The notes beneath the pieces were generated by a model that had not been told where the DNA came from, ran no database searches, and saw only the letters and a program-made list of their open reading frames with translations. From the NCBI GenBank assembly GCA_963840855.1, contig CAWJBB010000030.1:192001-256000 (forward strand): 64,000 bases of DNA. The letters run 5' to 3'. The stretch comes from an uncultured delta proteobacterium. GTDB taxonomy: Bacteria; Desulfobacterota; Binatia; UBA9968. Of the stretch, positions 42,949 through 53,692 are shown piece after piece. The stretch's first letter is position 1; every line of letters starts with the position of its first letter. The position numbers and the translations under genes were made by a program.

Positions 42949-43163
42949 GGAGTGGTTGAGATTATAGCATACGCGCAAAAAATTCCCACGTCGCATTTAT
43001 GACAGTGCCTGCGGATGGGTCCGGGCTTACTTAATGGTTCTGTGGAATCTCGTTTCATTTGCTTGCCGCCTCATGAGGCCTTGGGATAAGGCTGAAACTG
43101 GGGACTTGCCAGTGGCAATGCTCCGATAATATAAAATAGACCGCGACAAAGGAGGAGGACGGC

Positions 43164-44267
43164 ATGAAAGTCACCAAAATGATTGGCGCGATCGTCGCTG
43201 GCGGCTGGCTCGGCATGGCGCTTGTTTCTAGCACCGAGGCAGCCAGCGTCGAGGAGCTGTTTGCCGGCATTGGCAAATTGCCCGCGAAGGAACGGCAGCG
43301 GCGGCTCGAAGAGGGCGCAAAAAAAGAAGGAAACCTGGTGGTCTATTCCAATCATGGACTGGAGACCACGCAGGAATACTCGGACGCGTTTCAAAAAAAG
43401 TATCCATTCGTAAAGGTCGACGCTTCCCGTCTCCAGGGGGCAAAGGGGCTGGACCGAATTCTTCTGGAACATCGCGTCGGCAAACTGCCCGCGGATGTAG
43501 TGGGCGTCGACTTCGATAACATCGGCGAGCTGATGAAAACCGGCGTGCACGCGCGCTATGACTCGCCGGAAAAAAAGTATTATCCGAGCCAGTTCTGGGA
43601 CAAAGAAGGGCGCTGGTACACCGCCGAATACACCCTGGTGGTGATCGCCTACAATACCAATCTGGTGAAGCCCGCCGAAGCGCCCAAAAGTTACCAGGAC
43701 CTGCTCAACCCGAAATGGAAAAACGACATCTCCATCGACAATGAGCCTGAGCAGGCGGTGTTCGCCTGGCTGATGGAGTGGGGCGAAGAAAAGACGGCGC
43801 AGTACATGAAGGCGCTGATGCGCAATGGCGCCGTGGCGCGGCGCGGCCATACGCTGCAAGTGCAATTGATCTGCAGCGGCGAGACTAAAATCGCCGTGGA
43901 AGTCTATCCGCCGCGGGTATTGCAGATGAAATACGAGAAGAAATGTCCCATCGCGATGGTCTTTCCCAATCCGACGCCGGGATCGCTGGGAAGCCACACG
44001 GGCATCGCCAAGAGCGCCAAAAACCCCCATGCCGCTGCCCTCTACATCGACTTCATGCTGAGTGAAGACGGCGCAGCCGCGTTAGCGCGGGGCGGCGGCA
44101 CAATCTCGGCGCGCAAAGGCGCCAAGGCCGGCTGGCAGGACATAATAGACGCGGTGGAGAGCAAAAAGTTCCGCACGACGCTCGTCGGCCATGAAAGAAT
44201 GGGAGAGTTGAAAGACAAGGGCTACAAGTTGATCGAAGACATCATCGTGCGCAAGCAGCTGAAATAG
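43164..44267 (+). CDS. ABC transporter substrate-binding protein (Fe3+/polyamine-type family)
   Basis: AGGAGG RBS, signal peptide, GAKKEGNLVVY, YNTNLV..APKSYQDLLNPKWK, AKNPHAAALYIDF. Confidence 0.9.
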   Translation: MKVTKMIGAIVAGGWLGMALVSSTEAASVEELFAGIGKLPAKERQRRLEEGAKKEGNLVVYSNHGLETTQEYSDAFQKKYPFVKVDASRLQGAKGLDRILLEHRVGKLPADVVGVDFDNIGELMKTGVHARYDSPEKKYYPSQFWDKEGRWYTAEYTLVVIAYNTNLVKPAEAPKSYQDLLNPKWKNDISIDNEPEQAVFAWLMEWGEEKTAQYMKALMRNGAVARRGHTLQVQLICSGETKIAVEVYPPRVLQMKYEKKCPIAMVFPNPTPGSLGSHTGIAKSAKNPHAAALYIDFMLSEDGAAALARGGGTISARKGAKAGWQDIIDAVESKKFRTTLVGHERMGELKDKGYKLIEDIIVRKQLK

Positions 44268-44287
44268 CGCGACGCCCCGAGGCGGCG

Positions 44288-45990
44288 TCACATTTGCTGG
44301 ATCGAGTAGCGCGCGCCGACGGCGCGGGCGATCAGACTGATAACGACGAGAATCACGATCATGACCATGCCGAGGGCGGACAGCGCTGGATACTGGCCGC
44401 CGTCCCATAATTCAAACAGCACGATGGAAATCACCTCGGTGCCGCTGCGGTAGAGCATGATCGAGGTGGAAAGCTCTCTGAAGGAGTGGGTGATGACATA
44501 AATCCACCCGGCGACGAAGCCCGGCGCAAGCAGCGGCAGGATGACGCGTTTAAACGTATGCCCCCACGCCGCGCCGCTCGCTTCCGAAGCCTCTTCGAGT
44601 TCCTTTTTGATTTGCAGCATGGACGAAGAGCACGCGCGCATGCCGTAGGGCAGATATTTAGTAACGTATGCGATCAAGAGAATCCACAAAGTGCCATAGA
44701 CCGGCACCGGCAGTATTAAATAAAGCCACAAGATCGCGATGCCCAGGACGAGGCCCGGCATGGCGATGGGACTGAAGGCGAGAAAGTCGAGGGCGCCCTT
44801 GCCGCGCCATTTCGTGCGCACGACGATCCAGGCGATGACGGCGGTGAGCAGCATCGTTAACGTCGAGCTTCCCAAACCCAACACGAAACTGTTCCACATG
44901 GCGCGGTGCACCAGCGGCAGGTTCCAAAGATTTGCATAGTTTTCCAGCGTGAGGCTGGCAAAGGCCGTTTCGGACGGCGCCATGTAAAAGGGCAGGAAGG
45001 ACGACCAGACTACGACCAGCACCGGCAGGATGAAAAGGACAAAGCAGAGCAGCAAATTAAGGCGACCAGAGGGAGGCGCCAGCGCCCAAGGTCGAACGCC
45101 GTCGGGCGAAATCCCTTGCCGGTGATCGTTGCGTATTGTTCCGAAGCCGCCGTCCATTTGAGGTAGAGCAGTACGCCCGCGGTCGTGATGGCGAGATAGA
45201 CCACGGCAAAAGTACTGGCGAGACCGAAGTCCGTCGGCACGGTTTTGGTTGCCAGATAAACTTCCGTGGCGAATACGAGGATGCCCGCGGGCATGCCAAT
45301 CAATGCCGGCACTTCGAAATTCTCGATGGCGCGCACAAAGCTGATCATCCACACGGCCAGAATGGCGGGGAGCAGCACGCGCAAAGTGATGCGCATCGTC
45401 GTGCGGAATATGTTGGAGCCGGCGACCATGGCCGCTTCTTCAAGCGACGGGTCCATGGAACGGAGCGCCGCCGCGAGCAGCAAAAACGCCAGAGGAATCT
45501 GGTCGGTTCCCTGGACCCAGATCATTCCGGGCATATTGTTGATCTCGATGGGCTCGCTGAGCCCAAGATACTGCATGGCAATGATATTGATGATCCCCGA
45601 GCGGCGGCCGAAAAGGAAAATCCAACCGACGGTGGTAAGAATGCCCGGCACAATCATCGGAATCAGGATGCAAGTGTAAACTGCGCTGCGCCAGGGCAGG
45701 TTGGTGCGTTCGGTCATCCAGGCGAGGTAGAGGCCGCCGGCGAAGGCGAGAAAGCTCGAGCCCGTGCTGAAGATGACGGAATTTAGGAGCGCTCCGGCCA
45801 AACGCCAGTTCTGAAAAAGGGCGAGGTAGTTTCGAACCGTGAATTCGCCCGGAACCCCCGGCGGCCCGCTTTTCACGCTGCCGTAGAGTAGCATCGCCAG
45901 CGGAATCAGCGTTAAATAGGCGATCACCGCTGCCGCCAGCGCAACCAGAATAAACTGCGGGCGCATGCCCAGGCGAACTCCGTTTGCCAT
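44288..45990 (-). CDS. ABC transporter permease (FbpB-like double TMD), frameshift near 45050
   Basis: MDPSLEEAAMVAG and ELEEASEASGA EAA motifs in two overlapping frames. Confidence 0.88.
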
Positions 45991-46045
45991 CAGATGTTTT
46001 CTCTAGCATGGTGCAGGGAGAGCGCACAACATTGTCGATGATGCA

Positions 46046-46089
46046 GTTCAGGGGGTTCAAATCGTTCAAGCCGTTCAAGGCGTTTCGAA
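46046..46089. repeat. GTTCAA 9-nt periodic repeat
   Basis: GTTCAGGGG GTTCAAATC GTTCAAGCC GTTCAAGGC GTTTCGAA. Confidence 0.7.
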
Positions 46090-46335
46090 AGGATACAACG
46101 GCTGCTGAGAAACTAGGCTTGACATGGCCCACCGTAGTCGAATAGACAAGGTTGAGTTGCGGCATGGTTTTGTATTGGGCGGAGATACCAAGCTGATCGA
46201 CAGCCCACCAAGGTCTCGATATTGTCGAATACACCGGGCCGCGAGGACGAAGGGCGGTCCAACGTAGGAGGCGATTATGTTCGTTGAGACAGTAGCAGTG
46301 AGTAAAGCCTAATCGCCGATTGATTCATCGACGGT

Positions 46336-46404
46336 GTCATCCCGTCGAAAGCGGGAAATAGGCTGTTTCGAATTATTCCTGAATGCCCGTTCGCGGAGGA
46401 TGAC
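46336..46404. repeat. Degenerate RPE-like palindrome
   Basis: GTCATCCCGTCGAAAGCGGGAA...CCCGTTCGCGGAGGATGAC. Confidence 0.5.
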
Positions 46405-46408
46405 GGTC

Positions 46409-47497
46409 ATGCGTGGGAGAGCCTCGTTGTTTACGACGTTATTAGTCATCATGGCATAGCAGTGCCAGGTGTCGTATTGCACTTATTTTGGCGTTGGGCT
46501 CTAGACAGCGGCGGCCCAGCGCATTGGAAAAAATCTCGATGAAATAGCGCAGCTGGCCAACAAAGAGAAGACTATCCGTGTTGCCAACTCCTGGGAACCG
46601 CAGAATGAACCGGTGCTGCTCAAAGGCTTCTATCAAAAGTATCCCGGCCTCAAAGTGACCAGCACCCGCGCAAGCGGTATTGAGACCAGGGAGCGTATCC
46701 TGAACGAAGCGCTGGCTGGAGTTTTCGACTTCGACTTGGTGAATGTATCGGGGGAGCTCAGACCCAATTACATCAAAGCCGGGGTCATGGCCGGTCCCAT
46801 TGAATGGCGCAAGTTGTTTCCCGACATAAAGGACCTCCATTTCAGTCCCGATGGTTATTTCGTCGTCAGTGGCTTTAGCAAATACATCATCGCCTACAAT
46901 CCCACCCTGGTGCCGAAGGACAAAGTACCCAAGAAATGGGAAGATTGTCTCGACCCCTACTGGAAGGGAAAGCTGGTGGTCTTGACCCGTCCGCGAACGT
47001 TCACCGGTCTTGCCTCGGGCTGGGGCGAAGAGAAAACCATCAAGTACGCTCGGGCGCTCAAGGATAATCAGCCCGTGTGGAAGAGCAGCCAGTCCGGAGC
47101 GCTCACCCAAGTTGCGATCGGTGAATACCCGATGCTCTGCGGCGTGGGTTACCACTCTACCAAAGATCTAATGGTGCGCGACCCCAAGGCTACTATCGCC
47201 TATTCCGTGCCCGGCGATTTGCCGATCCAGATCGGCGAGGCGATGGCGATTATGAAAGGGGGCAAAGCGCCCAACGCGTCCCTACTGTTAGCCGGGTGGT
47301 TGATAGCGCCGGAAGCCCAGAAGATTATGCATTTAGAGGGACGGGACTCGCCTTTTGTCGAAGGGACTGAGTCCGATCAGTTGATCAAGAAGCACGGCGC
47401 TAAGCCTATTTGGGAAGGTTGGGACGCCATTGAGCACGAGGCGCAGATGGCGCGCAAGATTACCGCGGCCTGGGGCTTCCCCAAGGCAAAAAATTAG
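46409..47497 (+). CDS. ABC substrate-binding protein; signal-peptide region disrupted
   Basis: Frame is open from 46505 (..AAAQRIGKNLDEIAQLANKE..) to WGFPKAKN; in-frame TAG at 46502; start approximate. Confidence 0.8.
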
Positions 47498-47518
47498 ACG
47501 CCGAAGGACGTGAACGTG

Positions 47519-49276
47519 ATGAAAACCATCGCAATCCCGTATTCGGGTTGGCAAGGTGTGAAGAGCCGCTTGCGCGGTAATGTGCTGCCTTTTCTTCTGA
47601 CCGGCTTTCTCGTCTTTCTGGTCATCATTCCACTGGCGCGTTTGGCAATCAACAGTTTTCAATTGGGTCATCCGGCGTTGCCTGAAGGCTGGACGCTGCA
47701 GAACTATTCAACGGCCTTGTCGATGCCGCTTTTTTATGAAGCCCTTGGCACGACAGTTGTAATCTCCGCCATCGGAACTCTATTGACTCTCGGCATCGCC
47801 ATTTTATTCGCGTGGCTGATCGAGCGCACGGATATGCCCCTGCGCAATCTCGCCTGGGCTTTGATTTTGATCCCGATGGCGATCCCCGGCGTGCTTTTCG
47901 CCCTTGGATGGGCGCTGCTGCTCGCCCCTAAGACGGGGGCGTTGAATCTTATACTGCGGGCGGCTATGGGCGCGTTGGGTTTCGAAGCAACCACGGGTCC
48001 GATCAACATTTACTCCGTCGGCGGATTGATCTTTCTCGACGGCCTGCGCGGCGTCACGACGGTGTTTCTCATGGTCGTCGGCGCTTTTCGGATGATGGAT
48101 CCGACTATGGAAGAGGCGGCGCGGGTGGCGAAAGCCAGCGGCAAGAGCGCTTTTTTTCAGATCACTCTGCCGGCTTTACTTCCGGCCGTGCTCACCGCCG
48201 CGATCTACTCGTTTATCTCGAGCATGGAATCCTTCGAAGGACCGCTGGCCATCGGGCTTCCGGGGGGGATTTTCGTTCTAAGCACGTTGATCTACTTCAC
48301 GACCCGGCTGCAGGCGCCACTGGATTACGGTTTAGGCGCGGTATTCGGCGTCATATATATGGTCTTGATGCTGTTTCTATTGGTTGGTTACCGGCGAGTG
48401 GTGCGCTATTCCGAACGTTATTCGACCATTACCGGCAAGGGATTTCGCCCCCGAGTGGTTTCCATCGGCAAATGGCGCTATCCGGCTCTGGGAATGTTTA
48501 TCGCCTATTTTATCGTTACCGTCGGCGCGCCCTTTGTGATTTTGTTATGGGCTTCGCTGCTGCCGAGTTATCGCATTCCTTCGATGGAGGCTTGGAGTCT
48601 CATTTCCCTGACGAATTATTTGCAAGTCTTCGCCATGCCTAATGTCGGTTCGGTGGTTTGGAACACGCTGTTCTTGATGATTATTTCGGCCACCGCCACC
48701 ATGCTCTTGGCCTTCTTCGTTTCCTGGGTCATCGTGCGCACACAGCTCAGCGGCCGGGGCGCCCTCGATGCGGTGGTATTTTTTCCGCACGCGGTGCCGG
48801 GTATCGTGGTCGCCTTGGCGCTGATGATGGCTTACTTGAGCCCGCCGCTGAAGTATCTCGGGATCTACGGCACGATCTGGATTCTCGGTATGGGTTTCAT
48901 CGTCAGTTATATCGCGTTCGCCACCCGTTTGATGAACAGCTCGATCATTCAAGTGCATAAGGAATTGGAGCAGGCGGCTTATGTTTGTGGCGCGACACCG
49001 ACGCGCACCTTGCTTGCCATTACTCTGCCGCTTCTCTTTCCCGCGTTTGCCGCGGGTTGGGTTTGGGTCGCCGTGCACGTGCTGCGGGGTTTTTCCATTC
49101 CCTTGATGCTTTCGAGCAGAAACAACCAGGTTTTTGCGGTGATGCTGTGGGATTATTGGGACAGAGGGCTGGTCTCGCTGGCCTCGGCGCTGGGAGTCTT
49201 GCTCATCCTCGTATTGATTCCGCTGACCCTGGTCATGCGCCGTTTCATCGTTCAAGTCAGCGGGCAGCAAACCTAA
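47519..49276 (+). CDS. ABC transporter permease (FbpB-like)
   Basis: MDPTMEEAARVA and ELEQAAYVCGA motifs; about 12 TM segments. Confidence 0.92.
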   Translation: MKTIAIPYSGWQGVKSRLRGNVLPFLLTGFLVFLVIIPLARLAINSFQLGHPALPEGWTLQNYSTALSMPLFYEALGTTVVISAIGTLLTLGIAILFAWLIERTDMPLRNLAWALILIPMAIPGVLFALGWALLLAPKTGALNLILRAAMGALGFEATTGPINIYSVGGLIFLDGLRGVTTVFLMVVGAFRMMDPTMEEAARVAKASGKSAFFQITLPALLPAVLTAAIYSFISSMESFEGPLAIGLPGGIFVLSTLIYFTTRLQAPLDYGLGAVFGVIYMVLMLFLLVGYRRVVRYSERYSTITGKGFRPRVVSIGKWRYPALGMFIAYFIVTVGAPFVILLWASLLPSYRIPSMEAWSLISLTNYLQVFAMPNVGSVVWNTLFLMIISATATMLLAFFVSWVIVRTQLSGRGALDAVVFFPHAVPGIVVALALMMAYLSPPLKYLGIYGTIWILGMGFIVSYIAFATRLMNSSIIQVHKELEQAAYVCGATPTRTLLAITLPLLFPAFAAGWVWVAVHVLRGFSIPLMLSSRNNQVFAVMLWDYWDRGLVSLASALGVLLILVLIPLTLVMRRFIVQVSGQQT

Positions 49277-49279
49277 AGG

Positions 49280-50380
49280 ATGCCCATGCGAGTCACCGTA
49301 AGCGGATTGACCAAGAGCTTTGAAACAACGGACGGCCGCGCTGATGCGCTGCGCGGACTCGACTTCCAGGTCCAGGCGGGGGAGTTCTACACGCTATTGG
49401 GACCCAGCGGATGCGGCAAGAGCACGACGCTCAGGTGTATAGCGGGGCTCGAGCGTCCCGACTCTGGTGAGATCGCCATCGGAGAGAAGATCGTGGCCGG
49501 CTCAAAGGTCTTCGAGCCGCCGGACAAACGGCCCATCGGAATGGTGTTCCAATCCTACGCCATCTGGCCGCACATGACCGTATTCAAGAACGTAGCTTTT
49601 CCCCTGAAACAACAGCGAGTGCCGAAGAGAGAGCGGGAAAAACTGGTCATGGAAGCGCTTGCTCTGGTGAAGATGGAGGAACTGGCGCAGCGGCCGGCAC
49701 CCTATCTGAGCGGTGGCCAGCAGCAGCGGGTGGCGCTCGCCCGAGCCCTGGTGTCGAAGCCCCAAGTGTTGTTGCTCGATGAGCCGCTCAGCAATCTGGA
49801 CGCCAAGCTCCGCGAGGACCTCAGGTTCGAAATCAAGGAACTGACGCGGCGATTAGGCATTACCACGCTGTATGTCACCCATGATCAGACCGAAGCCCTG
49901 GCCATGTCCGACCGGATTGCGGTGATGCTGAGTGGGCAGATTCTCCAGGAGGCATCGCCCAGGGAGCTGTATCTGAAGCCAGGCGCGAAGTTCGTCGCGC
50001 AGTTCATCGGTCAAGTGAATTTCTTCGAAGGGAGCGTCGCCGATTCATCCCGCGACGGCTTGGGCGTGGTTCGCACGGCGCAAGGAGATCTGCGCTGCCT
50101 CATCCCATCGTCGCTGCCGAGCGGCGCCAAAGCTCTGGTTAGCGTAAGGCCGGAGAGTTTTCAGATCACGCGGGAACGGCAGGCGAACGAGTGCAATGTT
50201 TTGGAAGGAACGGTCGAAAAGTTCGTTTTTCTCGGCGACTTCATCGATTGTCAAATCCTCATGGGTGAGCAGGCCGTGCGTGTCAAACTGCCCGCAACAA
50301 GCGATCTCAATCAGGGAGAACGGGTATTTCTGCAGTTCGATCCCCGCGCCTGCATCCTGATCCCGGCAGCAACTGCATGA
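49280..50380 (+). CDS. ABC transporter ATP-binding protein (FbpC/PotA-like, TOBE)
   Basis: GPSGCGKS, LSGGQQQR, LLLDEP, YVTHDQ. Confidence 0.95.
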   Translation: MPMRVTVSGLTKSFETTDGRADALRGLDFQVQAGEFYTLLGPSGCGKSTTLRCIAGLERPDSGEIAIGEKIVAGSKVFEPPDKRPIGMVFQSYAIWPHMTVFKNVAFPLKQQRVPKREREKLVMEALALVKMEELAQRPAPYLSGGQQQRVALARALVSKPQVLLLDEPLSNLDAKLREDLRFEIKELTRRLGITTLYVTHDQTEALAMSDRIAVMLSGQILQEASPRELYLKPGAKFVAQFIGQVNFFEGSVADSSRDGLGVVRTAQGDLRCLIPSSLPSGAKALVSVRPESFQITRERQANECNVLEGTVEKFVFLGDFIDCQILMGEQAVRVKLPATSDLNQGERVFLQFDPRACILIPAATA

Positions 50381-50401
50381 AGTGGCCTCATCTCGAGACG
50401 G

Positions 50402-51103
50402 TCAGTCGACACCCGTCGACTTAAAGGCTGCACGTACCGCGGGCGTGGCGAGGAAGCGCACAAAGCGCTGCGCCAGCTCCGGCGCCTCGGCTCCGGTTGA
50501 AACCCCGGCCGCATAGGTGGTGATGTTTTCGATTTCTTTGGGAAGAGGACCGACCAGTTTCACGCCTTGATCGGAGCGCATGAGAATCGCAGTGATCTGG
50601 CCAAAGCCGATTTCCCTGGCGGTTCGACTGCTGGCGAGATGTTTCATTACCCCTTCGGCATCGGGAAAACGGATGGTTTTGGCCTTTGCCTCTTCGGCAA
50701 TGCCTAGCTGTTCCAAGAGCTTCTCGACGAAAATCCCCGACGAGCCTTCGGTGTAAACAATCGATTCGCTGGCGATGAGTTCGTCTTTGAGCGCCCGCGC
50801 TGTGGAGATGTCGGGCTCGGGCTCGCCCCGGCGAATCACCACGCCGGCCTTTACGCTGCCGATAACCGCGCTCGATCCGGCGGCGACATGGCCGCTTGCC
50901 GCGAAATCTTCCACTGTTTGAATGGGAACGAGGAGCACATCCGCGTTAGCTTCCCCGCTTTCCACCCGGCGGCGAATAGCTGGAGCCGTGGCGAATGTAA
51001 GGACGACCTTGTGCCCGGTTTCTTTTTCGAAGGCCTGGGCTGCGGTTTCGAGCCCTCTCTGCACCGCGCCACCGCTCAGGACTTTTAGGATTGATGCGAC
51101 CAC
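50402..51103 (-). CDS. ModA-like substrate-binding domain protein (no obvious signal peptide; start uncertain)
   Basis: LKVLSGGAV..FEKETGHKV, PDIST..AL, GSSG, LVGPLP.EI. Confidence 0.8.
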   Translation of the reverse strand: MVASILKVLSGGAVQRGLETAAQAFEKETGHKVVLTFATAPAIRRRVESGEANADVLLVPIQTVEDFAASGHVAAGSSAVIGSVKAGVVIRRGEPEPDISTARALKDELIASESIVYTEGSSGIFVEKLLEQLGIAEEAKAKTIRFPDAEGVMKHLASSRTAREIGFGQITAILMRSDQGVKLVGPLPKEIENITTYAAGVSTGAEAPELAQRFVRFLATPAVRAAFKSTGVD

Positions 51104-51172
51104 TGAAGTCAACTTGATCGAGTTCTGCCAGCTAGGAGGCCTCAACCAAAGGGAAAGAATGAATGTTGCTTT

Positions 51173-51248
51173 ACCACGAAGGCACGAAGGACACGAAGTC
51201 TGAGCGAATAAATATCCGAACCCTTCGTCTACTTCGTGCCTTCGTGGT
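51173..51248. repeat. CACGAAG periodic inverted repeat
   Basis: ACCACGAAGGCACGAAGGACACGAAG...CTTCGTCTACTTCGTGCCTTCGTGGT. Confidence 0.75.
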
Positions 51249-51265
51249 GGAATTTCTCTGCTGCT

Positions 51266-51691
51266 TCAGTCCGCCAGCACGCCCATGTCCCGGCCACCGC
51301 CATGCTGATAGATGATGCGCTTGCCGGTCTTTTCATCGATTTCGTTTCTCTGCCCACCGGCCTTCGCGACATCTTCCGCCGTCGCCTTGTGGCTGTTGCC
51401 CAGGAGAATCATCGGCTCGTCATTGGGATTCGACCCTTCGTAGAACTCGTGGGCCGGGATACTGATTATCTGTCCCTGGGAAACCTCGTGGGTTTCATTG
51501 AGCCCCTTCATGATCCCTCGCCCGGTAAGGACGTAATAGGTCCGGTCCGACGGATGGTTGTGCATGCGCTGCACGTCACCCGGCGGAAAAAACAGAATCC
51601 AGGTGTCCAGGTTCTCTCTTCTAAAGAGATCCAGGCGGCGGTCGCCTTTTTTTCTCTCCTTTGCCTTCTCGGAAATATCTATAACCTGCAT
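51266..51691 (-). CDS. Cupin domain protein
   Basis: GGAGG RBS; MHNHPSDRTYYVLTGRG and IPAHEFYE cupin-like motifs. Confidence 0.85.
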   Translation of the reverse strand: MQVIDISEKAKERKKGDRRLDLFRRENLDTWILFFPPGDVQRMHNHPSDRTYYVLTGRGIMKGLNETHEVSQGQIISIPAHEFYEGSNPNDEPMILLGNSHKATAEDVAKAGGQRNEIDEKTGKRIIYQHGGGRDMGVLAD

Positions 51692-52045
51692 ACTAACCTC
51701 CCTTTTAGTTTTAATTTCTTTCGCATTGTGCCTCCCCCCGCCTCCACCGAACCGACTCTAGTCCCGCCAGCGACGGGCTGTCAAGTTCCATCCAGGCAGA
51801 GGAATACAAAATAACAGATCCTGCTTGTTGTCATGCCCCGGTTCTCAAGGAAAAAATGGTTCGTCGCCTTGACGTCCCGGCGTTGACTGAAAGTGTTGCA
51901 GTCATATATGCCAGCGCAAGGAGTTGATTCAGCGGAAGAAGATTGCATCGGCAGCCTCCGCTGGCGGCTTAGCGCCCGGTTTCTGACCCGAGAATGGGCA
52001 CTATAAGACAGAATCATCAATGTCACGCGCCAATTGCTTCGTGGG

Positions 52046-52126
52046 GTTCAATAGTTCAACGGCTAATAGCCACTAAACCCGGTTCAAATCGTTCAAGACA
52101 TTCAACCGCTTCGCTCTGTTCAAGCC
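52046..52126. repeat. GTTCAA periodic repeat
   Basis: GTTCAATAGTTCAA...GTTCAAATC GTTCAAGAC ATTCAACCG CTTCGCTCT GTTCAAGCC. Confidence 0.7.
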
Positions 52127-52204
52127 GTAGTGGCAGCAAATAGCAAGAGTAAAGACCTACCCTATTCAGTGACGGTTGCTCTAAGAAATATCCTCTTGCC
52201 TAAA

Positions 52205-52414
52205 TGTATCATTGCGTGCGACAGTGACGGTGCTTAAATATGCGGTGGATTTCCTGCACGGATTCTATGGAATACCGATTACCCGCATGCCGATGGAATG
52301 GAACCGGCCAGAGCTCTTCCTGATTTCGACAGTCACCCGATCTCAGATGAGTCGAAACGGACAATTCTGTGGGATAACGCGGTCAAGCTCTCCGGGCAGC
52401 GTTTAGTCAGCTGA
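52205..52414 (+). pseudogene. Amidohydrolase C-terminal remnant
   Basis: Uncalled frame reads RILWNTDYPHADGMEPARALPDFDSHPISDESKRTILWDNAVKL. Confidence 0.7.
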
Positions 52415-52492
52415 GAAGTCGATTTGAACGCGGCTTATCCTGAGGAACAACACTTGAGGGAATAAAACTAAAAACGCAACGAGGAGGTTCGC

Positions 52493-53644
52493 ATGGCCGA
52501 ATACAAGCTAATCTCGGCAGATTCCCACGCAAATGAAGTCCCTGCAACGTGGGAGCGTGTCCGCCGCAAGTACGGCGATCGTGCTCCGCAAATAGTGTGG
52601 GATCCAAGCGAAGAGGAACACGGTCCGTACCTATCGATTCCGGAGTGGGAAACAAGTCTCGAAGGGAATAACCGTGAATCGTGTGCGATGGAGTTCGTGG
52701 GTATGGTGATCGGCGGGCTCGGCGTCGGCAGCGTCGTCGGTCGTACTTCGGCGAAAGCGGCCGAATTTCGCAAGAAATTCCGCTTTGAGGACTGGCCGGG
52801 GCCGTGGGAGCCGAACTCCCGGCTTAAAGACATGGACCGCGACGGAATAGAAGCCGATATTATTTACGCAAGTCATCTGCGCCACATTTACGGGCTAAGC
52901 GTTAAGGACGAGCCTTTTTTTCGCGCGATTGCGCAGTCGTACAATGACTGGTTGATGGAGTACTGCAGCGTTGATCCTAAGCGGCTTATCGGTCTGCCGG
53001 TACTTTCCATCCTTGACGTTCAAGGCGCGGTGCAAGATTTAACCAACTACAGCAAGCAAGGGGCTAAAGGATTCATGATAGCGTCATCGACGCCGATCGG
53101 CAGCAGCTACGGCGACAGAAAGTTTGATCCCTTATGGGCGGCAGCGCAGGAAGCGGACACGCCCCTCGCCCTGCACACCACGACCGGGGCATGGAAAAAA
53201 GTCAAGTTCCATCACCCGCGGGTTCGGACCAGCATTCGCGGCGAGGGTGAAATTCAAACGTCCCTTCTGGAGATGATCTACGGCGGTATTTTCGATCGAT
53301 TTCCTCGTTTGAAGATTGTCGCCGCAGAATGGGACATCGGTTGGGTCGCTCATATGGTGGCTAAATTCAAAGACCATGATCCTAAAACCGGACTCGAATT
53401 GGCTCCCGCCGAATACTTCCGCCGTAACATCTGGTTCACGTTCGAAAATGACCGCGCCGGAGTGTTGACGACCCCGCTGTACGGTGCGGACCGCTTTTTA
53501 TGGGCGAGCGACTACCCGCATGGCAACACCACATGGCCGGATTCCAAACAGATTGTCGAACAGCAGTTTGAAGGGATCCCTGACGAAATCAAGCGTAAAC
53601 TCACGCGGCAGAATGCGATCGATCTCTACAAGCTGGAAGTGTGA
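52493..53644 (+). CDS. Amidohydrolase_2 family protein
   Basis: GAGGAGG RBS; ISADSHANE, LALHT, AEWDIGW, WASDYPH..TTWP. Confidence 0.92.
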   Translation: MAEYKLISADSHANEVPATWERVRRKYGDRAPQIVWDPSEEEHGPYLSIPEWETSLEGNNRESCAMEFVGMVIGGLGVGSVVGRTSAKAAEFRKKFRFEDWPGPWEPNSRLKDMDRDGIEADIIYASHLRHIYGLSVKDEPFFRAIAQSYNDWLMEYCSVDPKRLIGLPVLSILDVQGAVQDLTNYSKQGAKGFMIASSTPIGSSYGDRKFDPLWAAAQEADTPLALHTTTGAWKKVKFHHPRVRTSIRGEGEIQTSLLEMIYGGIFDRFPRLKIVAAEWDIGWVAHMVAKFKDHDPKTGLELAPAEYFRRNIWFTFENDRAGVLTTPLYGADRFLWASDYPHGNTTWPDSKQIVEQQFEGIPDEIKRKLTRQNAIDLYKLEV

Positions 53645-53692
53645 TCGCAGTATTGGCGAGCTTAGGTCACGGCAGATCCAACGGAGTCATTT

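Noticed and set aside
1225-45352. Frameshifts in DUF4331, TPR, alkA, peroxidase, tctC, queE and permease genes as programmed frameshifting or mass pseudogenisation
   Set aside because: Scattered single-base indels in unrelated, otherwise intact genes with no shared slippery motif; best explained by long-read assembly error
46502-46504. In-frame TAG in the SBP leader as pyrrolysine or read-through
   Set aside because: The signal-peptide-like sequence lies in another frame, so an indel is the simpler explanation; no pyl context
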